Positions 25,127-33,062 of a stretch of DNA of 33,062 nt are shown here, piece by piece. Positions within the stretch are counted from its first letter, which is position 1, and the number at the start of each line of letters is the position of its first letter. Under the pieces are notes generated by a model. The model ran no database searches. It was not told where the DNA came from and saw only the letters and a program-made list of their open reading frames with translations. The position numbers were made by a program, and so were the translations under genes. The DNA lies in assembly GCA_963973175.1 (NCBI GenBank), contig CAXAYM010000001.1, positions 1 through 33,062 on the forward strand. Direction: 5' to 3'. Source of the DNA: an uncultured Arenimonas sp. GTDB lineage: Bacteria > Pseudomonadota > Gammaproteobacteria > Xanthomonadales > Xanthomonadaceae.

Positions 25127-26893
25127 CTACGGGGTCTCCGGGGACATCGCCGCGGCAAGGGCGGGATGCGGCGGAAGCGCCTCATTCCAGCCGACCACGC
25201 GGTTGCGCCCGGTGCGTTTGGCCGCGTACAGCGCCTCGTCGGCGGCCCGGAAAAGTCCGCGCGGGTCACTGAAGGCCCGTCCTGCGGTGCTGGCGAAGCC
25301 AATACTGGCCGTCACGGGTATGCCCGGCGAACTGGCGGCCACCGCCCGCCGCAGATCTTCGGCCAGCGCCATCAGCGCCGCGTCATCGGTGCGCGGCACC
25401 AGGACCACGAACTCCTCGCCGCCGTAGCGACTGGCGACGGCCTGGGCCGGCAGGTGCCGGCGCAGCGATTCGGCCACGCCCTCGAGCACGCGGTCACCGA
25501 CGGCATGGCCGTGGGCATCGTTTACTTGCTTGAAATGGTCGACGTCGATCACCAGCAGTCCCAGGCTGGTGCCGGCCGCACGAGCCTGCGCAAACGCGTG
25601 TTCCACCAGTTCGTCGTAGCGGCTGCGGTTGGCCAGGCCGGTGAGGCTGTCGGTCCGGCTTTGCTGGCGGATCTCCTTGACGCGGATGCCCAGCGCCACC
25701 GACAGCAGCACGAACTCGAAGATGGTGCCGATCTGGAAGCCGTACTGGGTCAGCCAGGTGTGCGGCAGCAGCCCCAGCGATTTGGCCAGGTACAGCAGCA
25801 CGCCGACCAGGAACACCGACCAGGCCACGAGGAAATACCCCGCCGCGGCCTGGCCGGCCCGCAGCCCGGTGATGCCGATCGCCACCACCATGAACACGGT
25901 CGTCGCCACGGTGAAGGTGATCGGCTGGACCAGCGTGCCGTAGTCGACGAATGGCGAGGCCAGCATCAGCACGAAGATCAGCACCTGCAGCGCCAGGAAG
26001 CTACGGTCGAGCCAGCGCGAGCGGCCCTTCGCCCGCAGCAGGCTGCGTGAGAACAGCAGCAGGAAATGCAGGGCCAGCATCAGCAGAACCACCTGCGCGA
26101 CGCCCCAGAGCGCAGGCGTTTCGGCCCACAGGTATTGCTGGGCGATGCCGTTGAAGACGGCCATGTAGCCGCCGTAGCAAAGTACGTAAAACAGGTAGTA
26201 GGCGAAGGCCTCGTCACGGACAAAGGCGTAGAGCAGGGCCGTGCACAGGGCCAGCAGCACGAAGCTGCCGAACAGCGCGCCCATCGCAAGCTGTTCCGCG
26301 CCCAGAACAGGCACCAGCGCCTGGGTCCCGTACAGCCCCAGGGCGACGTTCACCGGGCCCTCGGACCGGGCGCGCAGGTAGATCGAGAGCTCCTGCCCGG
26401 GCTCCAGCGTGATCGGGAACAGGTAGTCGCGATGGGGGATGGGGCGGGTGGAATAGGGCAGGGTGTCGCCGGTGGTCCAGTGGCGCAGCACGCGTCCGCG
26501 GTCGACCAGGTAGAGGTCGAAATAATCGAGCAGGACGTAGCTCTGGCGCAGCACCAGGTCACGGCGATGGTCGGATGTGTTCGCCACGCTGGCGCGCAGC
26601 CACCAGGCGGAATCGCTGTAGCCGAAGCTGGCGGTGCGGTCGCCGAGGGGCGCGAACTGTCCGGCCGCATCGCCGTTGAGCACGTCGGCCAGCTGCAGAA
26701 CCTGGCCGGGGTCCTCGAGCACCGTCAGGTGCGGCCGCAGGTCCAGTTCGTGCACGCCGGCGTCCAGCGTGGCCGGTGGCACCAACGCGCCGGCGGCGCC
26801 GGCCAGCAGCAGGCCCAGGCAACAGGCAACCGCCCGCAAGAACCGGACGGTCAGGGCATGCAGCGGTGCGGTCCTGCGGCAGGCGACGCTCAA
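25127..26893 (-). CDS. Diguanylate cyclase with 7TM-DISM extracellular and 7TM domains
   Basis: N-terminal FGYS.SAWWLR 7TMR-DISMED2-like domain, seven TM helices, TDSLTGLANR, DVDHFKQVND.HGH..GD, RYGGEEF and ADEALYAAK..GRN. Start uncertain (TTG 26893). Confidence 0.92.
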   Translation of the reverse strand: MSVACRRTAPLHALTVRFLRAVACCLGLLLAGAAGALVPPATLDAGVHELDLRPHLTVLEDPGQVLQLADVLNGDAAGQFAPLGDRTASFGYSDSAWWLRASVANTSDHRRDLVLRQSYVLLDYFDLYLVDRGRVLRHWTTGDTLPYSTRPIPHRDYLFPITLEPGQELSIYLRARSEGPVNVALGLYGTQALVPVLGAEQLAMGALFGSFVLLALCTALLYAFVRDEAFAYYLFYVLCYGGYMAVFNGIAQQYLWAETPALWGVAQVVLLMLALHFLLLFSRSLLRAKGRSRWLDRSFLALQVLIFVLMLASPFVDYGTLVQPITFTVATTVFMVVAIGITGLRAGQAAAGYFLVAWSVFLVGVLLYLAKSLGLLPHTWLTQYGFQIGTIFEFVLLSVALGIRVKEIRQQSRTDSLTGLANRSRYDELVEHAFAQARAAGTSLGLLVIDVDHFKQVNDAHGHAVGDRVLEGVAESLRRHLPAQAVASRYGGEEFVVLVPRTDDAALMALAEDLRRAVAASSPGIPVTASIGFASTAGRAFSDPRGLFRAADEALYAAKRTGRNRVVGWNEALPPHPALAAAMSPETP

Positions 26894-27041
26894 GGGGCGG
26901 GGCCACGGATCGGGATGGGCAGCCGATGGTAATTAATCCCGAAGCCCCGTGCATTCCGGCTTGACCCGCGTCAGGGCGCGTCGGGGGCCAAGGCGCCAGG
27001 CTGGCATCTTGCGGCCCATGGGCCATCGACGGGAGTCAGTC

Positions 27042-27281
27042 ATGGAATTTGATGTCGTGCTGCAGCAGCCGGGCGTGGACCTGGCGGTCGTGCGCAAGGT
27101 CTTGTGCGACGCGGACCCCGCGGCGCTGGTGGACAGCGATCCCCTGCAGCCGGGCCTGCGGGTGGCGGCGCAGCTCACCACCGGCGAACTGGCCGGACTG
27201 CTGGCGGAAGCCGGCTATCCGGTCGGGGCGGGTGCGATCCGGCCGCGTCCTTCCATCTGCTGCGGCGGTTGCGGCGGCTGA
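27042..27281 (+). CDS. Small hypothetical protein with C-terminal CCGGCGG motif
   Basis: GGGAG RBS before ATG 27042; 79 aa ending PSICCGGCGG. Confidence 0.72.
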   Translation: MEFDVVLQQPGVDLAVVRKVLCDADPAALVDSDPLQPGLRVAAQLTTGELAGLLAEAGYPVGAGAIRPRPSICCGGCGG

Positions 27282-27283
27282 AA

Positions 27284-27309
27284 CAGCCCGGGTTAATCTT
27301 TCCGGGCTG
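27284..27309. terminator. GC-rich inverted repeat immediately after the small Cys-tail gene
   Basis: CAGCCCGG (27284-27291) and CCGGGCTG (27302-27309) form an 8-bp stem with a 10-nt loop. No clear U-tract. Confidence 0.35.
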
Positions 27310-27345
27310 GCCGCGGGCGATAATCGCGGCTCCCAGGAGACTGCC

Positions 27346-27612
27346 ATGGCTACCGGTTGGGCCGGCGACGGCGCCGTACAAGACCAGATCGACGCGACCG
27401 TGAAGGACGCGATCAAGCGTGCGCGCAGCCAGTTGCCCAAGGGTCCGAGCCTGGCGCACTGCGAAGAGTGCGACGCCGCCATTCCCGAAGCCCGGCGCAA
27501 AGCGCTGCCGGGCGTCCGCCTGTGCGTGCAGTGCCAGGAAGCGCTGGACCGCGAACAGCGCGCCAGCGGCGGCTACAACCGCCGCGGCAGCAAGGACAGC
27601 CAGCTGCGCTGA
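27346..27612 (+). CDS. ybiI: DksA/TraR family C4 zinc-finger protein (YbiI-like)
   Basis: MATGWAGDGAVQDQID, CEEC...IPEARR.ALPGVRLCVQCQ and YNRRGSKDSQLR. AGGAG RBS. Confidence 0.92.
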   Translation: MATGWAGDGAVQDQIDATVKDAIKRARSQLPKGPSLAHCEECDAAIPEARRKALPGVRLCVQCQEALDREQRASGGYNRRGSKDSQLR

Positions 27613-27614
27613 GC

Positions 27615-30197
27615 TCAGTCGCCCTGCGCGGCCTTCTTCCTGCGCAGGCGTTGCACCCATTCCTCGCGCACGGCCGGCGGCATGCGCATCACCGAATCGA
27701 CGGTGTCGCGCACCATCGTGCTTCGCTGCGGTTCGGGCATGTCGCGCATCATCCAGCCGGTCAGGGCCTCGATGTCAGCGCGCGCCGTGACGCCGCCCTC
27801 GGGGCAGGCGGCGTAGGTGTCCGCGAAGGTGATGCGGCAGGCATCGCTGACCTGGCCGGCGCGGAACGCATCGCAGTCCAGCGGACAGGGGCCGGGCGCC
27901 GCGACCGCGGTGCTCGCTGGGCGCTGCCGCCGGGCCGTGGGGAGATTGCGGGCCATGCGCTCGCGCAGCTCGTCCGGGCTTCCGCCCGTCTTCGCGACCA
28001 TCTGCATCATTTCGCTGGAGACCAGGTCCAGGGGGTCCTCCGGCGGCAGGCGCTCGTCCGAGACCGCCCGCCAGACGGAGAAATCGCCGCTGACTTCTCC
28101 TTCGACATCATGCTTCTTCGCGTCGAACCTCGCCCGGTAGGTTCCGGAGACTGTGCCGGCGGTCGATTCCCGGATGTCGAGCTGCACGTCGCGCGTGCGC
28201 GCGCTGACGTAGTCGTTCCTGCCCAGCGCCGGGTCGCGCCAGGCGACCCTCGCGCGGGCGCCGTCGATGGGGCCGGTGTGGCCGATCGGGACGTGCGGCA
28301 GGTCCAGCTTCACTTCCGGCTCGCGGGGTGGCTGGATGTCTTCGCGGCTGGCGCCGGCCGTCATGCCCAGGCAGATGCCGGCGAGTTCGGATGACACGGA
28401 GGTCCTTTTCGACGGCGCGCCCGCCTGGGCTCCGCCGCCGGCTATCTTGGCAGTGGCATTGAGGCAGTCATCGCGGGCGGCCAGCGGTGAAGGCGTGACT
28501 TGCACGGACATCGATTCGCCCTGAGCCACGTTCGGCGCAAGGGCGGGCAGGGGGCGGCGCCGTGACGCGACCGTCACGGTCGAAGCCGGCTTGTTTTCGG
28601 CAGGCTCGGCGGGTTTGACCAGCTTGCCCTGGGATGTGGCGCTCGCCATGCCGATGACGATGTCGTAGCCGAAGGCTGAGGTCTTGAGCGGCTCGCGGGC
28701 GACATTGGTGAAGGTCAGCACTGTCTCGCCGTTCGTGCTCACGCCATTGAGCGGGTCCAGGGCCAGGCCCGTCCACAGCAGGTTGGGTTTGCCCGTCGCC
28801 GGATCGGGAATCGCCTGCGGCTTGCCGAGGTTCACGCCATGCACGCCCAAGTGGAAATCCTCCAGTGCCTTCGTCGCGCGACGTGCGTCCTGGGCCTGGC
28901 CAGGCTGCGAATCCAGCGGATTCCGGTACGCAACCGACAGGGAAGCCGCCGGCCAGCCGCTGCGCCCCATCGTCGCCCCCGTCCACTTGACCCGGATGCA
29001 GCGCGCCGCCAGGTACCTGATGCTTACGTCGAGCTTCACCGAGGGCTTGGACTCGTTCAGCTCGAAAAGGGGGCACCCGTCGCTGAAGGCGTGGCCGATC
29101 CAGCGCGCGTGGGCGAATTCGCCGCGGCGGCTGCGCATCACCTCGTCGGGGAACTGGACCCACCAGGCGATGAAGGCGGGCAAGGCGTCGTACAGTCCGC
29201 GCCGCCAGACGGGGTGGTGCCGGCGAAGGCTGCGGTCCGCCCAGAGCGTGCTTTCCTCGCGCAGATTCCGCGCCGCCCCTGCCACGGGGCCGTCGTCGAG
29301 CGCGGGGACGAGCGGGCGCCAGGCCCGGTCCCCGGGCAGCGAGTCCTCGAACACGTAGCGCCAGAAGGAGCTGCTCATGTAGGACGTCATGAGCGCCCGT
29401 TGGTCTGGCCGGACCCCCTGGGGATAGATCTCCATGCGGGTCGGCGCGGTCCGCACGTCCAGGGGGTAGTCGTAGGGCCGCATTCCCAGGACCTTGCCGA
29501 AGCGCTGGCTGCCGCTGGCGAAGCGCCGACGCCAGTCGAACGGTGGGCTGCCCCATATCGAAAGGTCCTTGATGGTCCACAGGCCCAGCGCATCGGGCAG
29601 GGCTTCGGTCACCCACTGACCCTCGTGGCGCTGGCCACGCGCGTGCGTGCTCCAGACGGGGTAGGCGCGCTGGATGCCGTGGAACAATTCGTGACCGATC
29701 GAGAGCGCACCCTTCTCCGGGTAGATCCCGAAGTCCTTTCCGAACGCGCCGTCTTCACCCACCACCACCGCCCAGTCCCAGTCGTCGGTTTCGAGGCGTT
29801 CCCGCTCGACGTCGCTGAACTCGCGGTAGCCCGGGCCATAGTGCGCCGCGGCGCTGCCCAGGCTTTTCACCAGGTACAGCGGGTAGTGATCCTCCCGGAT
29901 CGTCAACACCGGTGCGCGAAGGCCAAGGCGCCTGAGCCGTTCCGCCGTATGGCGCGCTGCCACGGCAAGGGCGCGGTTGCGGGCCTCGTCGGGCTGGACG
30001 GGGGGCAGGTACCACTGCCACTGGCCGGCGTCGGCAAGCGGGCGGGTGGCCCGGCCATTGCCTCCCGGTCCGGCAAGGCCCTCGTCATACACCTCGAACG
30101 GCGGCGGCGACTGCCGCCAAAGGGTCGCGCTGTCCTTGGCACCGGCCAGCGCGGGCAGCAGGGCGAACAGGCAGGCGGTGGCTCGGGGAACAAACAT
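27615..30197 (-). CDS. Large secreted hypothetical protein with HExxH zinc-metallopeptidase motif
   Basis: GGAG before ATG 30197 and signal ...LLPALAGA. IGHELFHGIQ is followed by WVTEALPD (gluzincin-like). Alternative TTG start at 30233. Confidence 0.75.
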   Translation of the reverse strand: MFVPRATACLFALLPALAGAKDSATLWRQSPPPFEVYDEGLAGPGGNGRATRPLADAGQWQWYLPPVQPDEARNRALAVAARHTAERLRRLGLRAPVLTIREDHYPLYLVKSLGSAAAHYGPGYREFSDVERERLETDDWDWAVVVGEDGAFGKDFGIYPEKGALSIGHELFHGIQRAYPVWSTHARGQRHEGQWVTEALPDALGLWTIKDLSIWGSPPFDWRRRFASGSQRFGKVLGMRPYDYPLDVRTAPTRMEIYPQGVRPDQRALMTSYMSSSFWRYVFEDSLPGDRAWRPLVPALDDGPVAGAARNLREESTLWADRSLRRHHPVWRRGLYDALPAFIAWWVQFPDEVMRSRRGEFAHARWIGHAFSDGCPLFELNESKPSVKLDVSIRYLAARCIRVKWTGATMGRSGWPAASLSVAYRNPLDSQPGQAQDARRATKALEDFHLGVHGVNLGKPQAIPDPATGKPNLLWTGLALDPLNGVSTNGETVLTFTNVAREPLKTSAFGYDIVIGMASATSQGKLVKPAEPAENKPASTVTVASRRRPLPALAPNVAQGESMSVQVTPSPLAARDDCLNATAKIAGGGAQAGAPSKRTSVSSELAGICLGMTAGASREDIQPPREPEVKLDLPHVPIGHTGPIDGARARVAWRDPALGRNDYVSARTRDVQLDIRESTAGTVSGTYRARFDAKKHDVEGEVSGDFSVWRAVSDERLPPEDPLDLVSSEMMQMVAKTGGSPDELRERMARNLPTARRQRPASTAVAAPGPCPLDCDAFRAGQVSDACRITFADTYAACPEGGVTARADIEALTGWMMRDMPEPQRSTMVRDTVDSVMRMPPAVREEWVQRLRRKKAAQGD

Positions 30198-30254
30198 GCG
30201 CGGGCTCCGGGGCTCTGCCCGGAGACTACGCAATGCGCCCTCGCAGTCCGCCAG

Positions 30255-33062
30255 TCAGCGCTGGCTGTCGCCGTCCCGCGTGGAGGTGGAGAGGTTGGTC
30301 AGGTACCCCTTCGGGTCGGCGAGTAGGCTCATCGCCACCACCGGGACCGAGGCGCTCAGCTCCAGGGCCCATTTGCCTTCGCCGTCGCCTAGCGCACCTT
30401 CGAGGCCCGGCCCGGCCTGGCCGGATTCAAGTTCAAGCGCGGTTATCGACCTAGAGGCGCCGGGCGCCAACTCCAGCCTGACTTCGCCGCTGCCGGGCCG
30501 GCCGCTGTCATCGGTCCCGCGGATCGTGATGCGCGCGGTGTCCGGGCCCGGGTTGACCAGCCGGAGCAGGCTTACCTGGTTCACGTTCTCAGCGGGATTG
30601 AAGATGGGAACGCGCTGGGCCAACGCCGGACCGGCGACGGTTTCGTGAATGGTGGTGAGGAAGCCATCCGGCGTACGAATCAGGGAGAGCGGCACGATGT
30701 CCGCCGTGCTCTCCACCGCCAGCCTCCAGTCACCCGCGCCCTGGCCGAGCGCGCCCGCCAGACCTTTCGCCGCATTCCCCTGCTCGAGGTCCCGTGCCGT
30801 GAACTGGCGCGACTCGCCGGCTGCCAGGCTCAGGGACACGGTGCCGGGAGCAGCCCGGCCTTGCTCGTCGGTGCCGCGCAGCGTGATCGTCGCGACCGAC
30901 TGCGAGCGGTTGCTCAGGCGAATGAAAGCCTCCTGTCCCGAAGCTTCGCTGCCCCGGACCAGCCATAGCGTCGACACGCCGGGCCCGGTTCCTTCCGGTC
31001 GCGGCAAGGTCGAGAGGTTGGTCAGCTTGCCCAGCGGATCAGCCAGCAGGCTCTGGACCGCGAGTTCGCCCGAGGCCTCCACGGCGAGTCGCCATTTGCC
31101 CTGGCCATCGCCCAGGCGGCCCGCGAGGCCCTTGGCGGCATTGCCCGCTTCCAGATCCGCGGACTCGAGCTCGACGGCCGCATGGGCGGGCAAGCGAAGG
31201 CTCAGCGTCGCTTCGCCCGGCCGGCCCGCGTCATCCCAGCCGCGGACGCTGACGTCCACCTCTGTCGCGCCCGGGTTGACGAGGCGCAGCAGGCTGACCT
31301 GGTTCCGGTTCTCAGCGGGGTTGAAGATCGGAACCTGCCAGTGGTTCGCCTGCCACCGGGCCCAGTCGTGCAACGAGGTCAGGAAGCCGTCGGGCGTTCG
31401 CACGTAGGCGAGGGCCTCGATGTCCCCCGCGCTGCGCACGACCACCGTCCATGCACCCACGCCTTTGCCCAGCGCGCCTCGCAGCCCCTTGGTTGCATTG
31501 CCCGCTTCCATGTCCTGGGAGTTGAACTGGCGCGACTGGCCCACGCCGAGGTCGAGCTGGATCACGCCGGGCGATCGCCGGCCCAGGGCGTCGATGCCCC
31601 AGACCTCCACCTGGGCGGCAGCCTGACCCAGGTTGCTGAGCCTTACGAAGCCCTGGCGCTCCGGCTCGGACGCCGCGGGGAGCCGCCACAGGTACCGGTC
31701 GTTGGCGGTTCGCGCGGGCACCGGCGGATCCACGGCGCCATCTTCCCGCATCAGGGTCACGATGGCCTCCCGGACCCCGATGGCGGCTCCACGAACGTCG
31801 TCCAGGCGCAGGTGCAGGGTTTCATCGGGCTCGGCGACCGTGTCGCCGAGGATCTCCAGCGCCACGGTGTGCAGCCGGCGGCCGGCCGGGATGACCTGGT
31901 CGCTGAGACCAATCGGCAGGTAGTCGCTGCCTGCCGTGGCCGAGCCGTCCCGGCTGGCCAGGTCGAACTGGATCGCGGACTCGGAGACCGGGTGCACGGC
32001 CAGCGTGAGTGCCACCGTGCGCCGGCCGCCATCTCCCTCGGTGAACGCCGCATCCTGAAGGGAAACCCAAGTCTGGGCCGGGCCGTCGTCGTCGAACAGC
32101 GTGCCTTTGGCTTCGCCGCGGTCGATGCCTGCCTGCGAGGCGTTGGAAATACGCGCCACGAAGGTTTCGTCGGGCTCGGAGTGGCGGTCGCCAACCACCG
32201 CGACGCGAGCCTTTACGCTTGTCTCTCCCGGCGCGATATGCAGGCGTCCTACGGTGGCGACGAAATCTTCGCCGGCGCGGGCGCTGCCGTCCATCGCGCT
32301 GAAGTCGAAGTAGACCGGCGCTTCCAGTGGACGCGAGAGTTCGACGGTGAACGCCATGTCCTTATTGCCCGCGTTTCCTTCCTGCATCCAGGTGTCGCGG
32401 ATCCGGAGCACCGCGGGAGGCGGGCCCTCGTCCAGGGTCATGAGCGTCACGCGGTTCTCGGCGGGCTTGCCGACCATCAGGCGCGAGCGCGCGACGTCGT
32501 AGTCGTAGAAAAGGCCATCTTCGCCGCCCTGGCTGCCGCCGAACGGTACGGTGCCCAACACGCTGTTCGTGCTGTTGACAAGGCCGGTCAGCCTGCCCTG
32601 GCCGAGCGTGATGGCCTCGGCTTCCGGGATGTTGCCGTTGTTCCAGTTGTCGTGGTGTATGACGTAGCGGCCATCGGGCAGCGGCTGGACGCCACGAATG
32701 CACAGGTTGTCCGCCCGCTGGGTTCCGACCAGCGAGTTCGCCGGGCTGATCTCGCCCACCAGTCCACCCAGTCCCGAGCCCCAGCTAACCGCGCCGGCAT
32801 CACGCTGTTCACCGTTGTCCCAGGCATGCGTGCAGCCTACGTAGTTGCCGTCGGCCAGCGCGGTCGCACCGATCGTTGAGTCCCGGACACGGCTGCCCAC
32901 GAGGGAGTTGTCGATCGAATAGGTGCCGGTGCGTTCGCGCGTGCCGTCCGCCCATGTGAGCGCGCCGGCGCCTAGTATCCCGTCGCGGATCCAGCCCACG
33001 CTGCCGACCACGTAGTGGCCGTTGGTCAAGGCTTCCAGGGAGAGGTTGTTGTCGCCGCTGCT
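30255..33062 (-). CDS. Large surface/secreted repeat protein (DUF5650-like repeats, two Calx-beta domains, four C-terminal repeats); 5' end outside window
   Basis: Repeats G.YVV....W....AGA.TW..G......NSLVG. Two Calx-beta domains (EGN.G, DGSA.AG.D[FY], GD...EPDET). The frame stays open to the window edge. Confidence 0.85.
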   Translation of the reverse strand, partial: SSGDNNLSLEALTNGHYVVGSVGWIRDGILGAGALTWADGTRERTGTYSIDNSLVGSRVRDSTIGATALADGNYVGCTHAWDNGEQRDAGAVSWGSGLGGLVGEISPANSLVGTQRADNLCIRGVQPLPDGRYVIHHDNWNNGNIPEAEAITLGQGRLTGLVNSTNSVLGTVPFGGSQGGEDGLFYDYDVARSRLMVGKPAENRVTLMTLDEGPPPAVLRIRDTWMQEGNAGNKDMAFTVELSRPLEAPVYFDFSAMDGSARAGEDFVATVGRLHIAPGETSVKARVAVVGDRHSEPDETFVARISNASQAGIDRGEAKGTLFDDDGPAQTWVSLQDAAFTEGDGGRRTVALTLAVHPVSESAIQFDLASRDGSATAGSDYLPIGLSDQVIPAGRRLHTVALEILGDTVAEPDETLHLRLDDVRGAAIGVREAIVTLMREDGAVDPPVPARTANDRYLWRLPAASEPERQGFVRLSNLGQAAAQVEVWGIDALGRRSPGVIQLDLGVGQSRQFNSQDMEAGNATKGLRGALGKGVGAWTVVVRSAGDIEALAYVRTPDGFLTSLHDWARWQANHWQVPIFNPAENRNQVSLLRLVNPGATEVDVSVRGWDDAGRPGEATLSLRLPAHAAVELESADLEAGNAAKGLAGRLGDGQGKWRLAVEASGELAVQSLLADPLGKLTNLSTLPRPEGTGPGVSTLWLVRGSEASGQEAFIRLSNRSQSVATITLRGTDEQGRAAPGTVSLSLAAGESRQFTARDLEQGNAAKGLAGALGQGAGDWRLAVESTADIVPLSLIRTPDGFLTTIHETVAGPALAQRVPIFNPAENVNQVSLLRLVNPGPDTARITIRGTDDSGRPGSGEVRLELAPGASRSITALELESGQAGPGLEGALGDGEGKWALELSASVPVVAMSLLADPKGYLTNLSTSTRDGDSQR
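30270..31700 (-). repeat. Tandem A-B-A-B protein repeats (~120 aa units, ~241 aa period)
   Basis: VPIFNPAEN[RV]NQVSLLRLVNPG occurs at about 31270-31334 and 30547-30611. RTPDGFLT and LADP.G.LTNLST each occur twice. Confidence 0.9.

Noticed and set aside
1-33062. CRISPR arrays, tRNA/rRNA genes, IS elements, prophage genes
   Set aside because: No regularly spaced nucleotide repeats, cloverleaf signatures, transposase, integrase or phage structural motifs were seen. The only repeats found are intragenic protein repeats.

Overview
A 33 kb, high-GC (about 65-70% by eye), gene-dense chromosomal segment. Gene content suggests a Xanthomonadales-like gammaproteobacterium (inference). About 33 CDS are supported. 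No rRNA, tRNA, CRISPR array, transposase or integrase was seen. The main system is a complete 'Anbu' operon at 6950-10904: circularly permuted ATP-grasp ligase, alpha-E protein, transglutaminase and proteasome-beta-like Anbu protease. It has a probable fifth gene with a metallo-beta-lactamase-like motif and a divergent Glu/Leu/Phe/Val dehydrogenase sharing a 170-bp structured intergenic region. There are two lower-GC patches. One holds a membrane-anchored Mrr-type nuclease. The other holds two small membrane ORFs separated by what looks like a decayed integron attC site, just downstream of a bacterial trmY homolog. The rest is dominated by exported proteins: two diheme cytochromes c (one fused to a rhodanese), a Tat-signal NAD-binding epimerase, a 4-repeat+VWA protein, a large HExxH protein, a DUF5650-like/Calx-beta/ABAB-repeat surface protein cut by the window end, several lipoproteins, and a 7TM-DISM diguanylate cyclase. 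All family calls come from motif recognition by eye; no database search was run.
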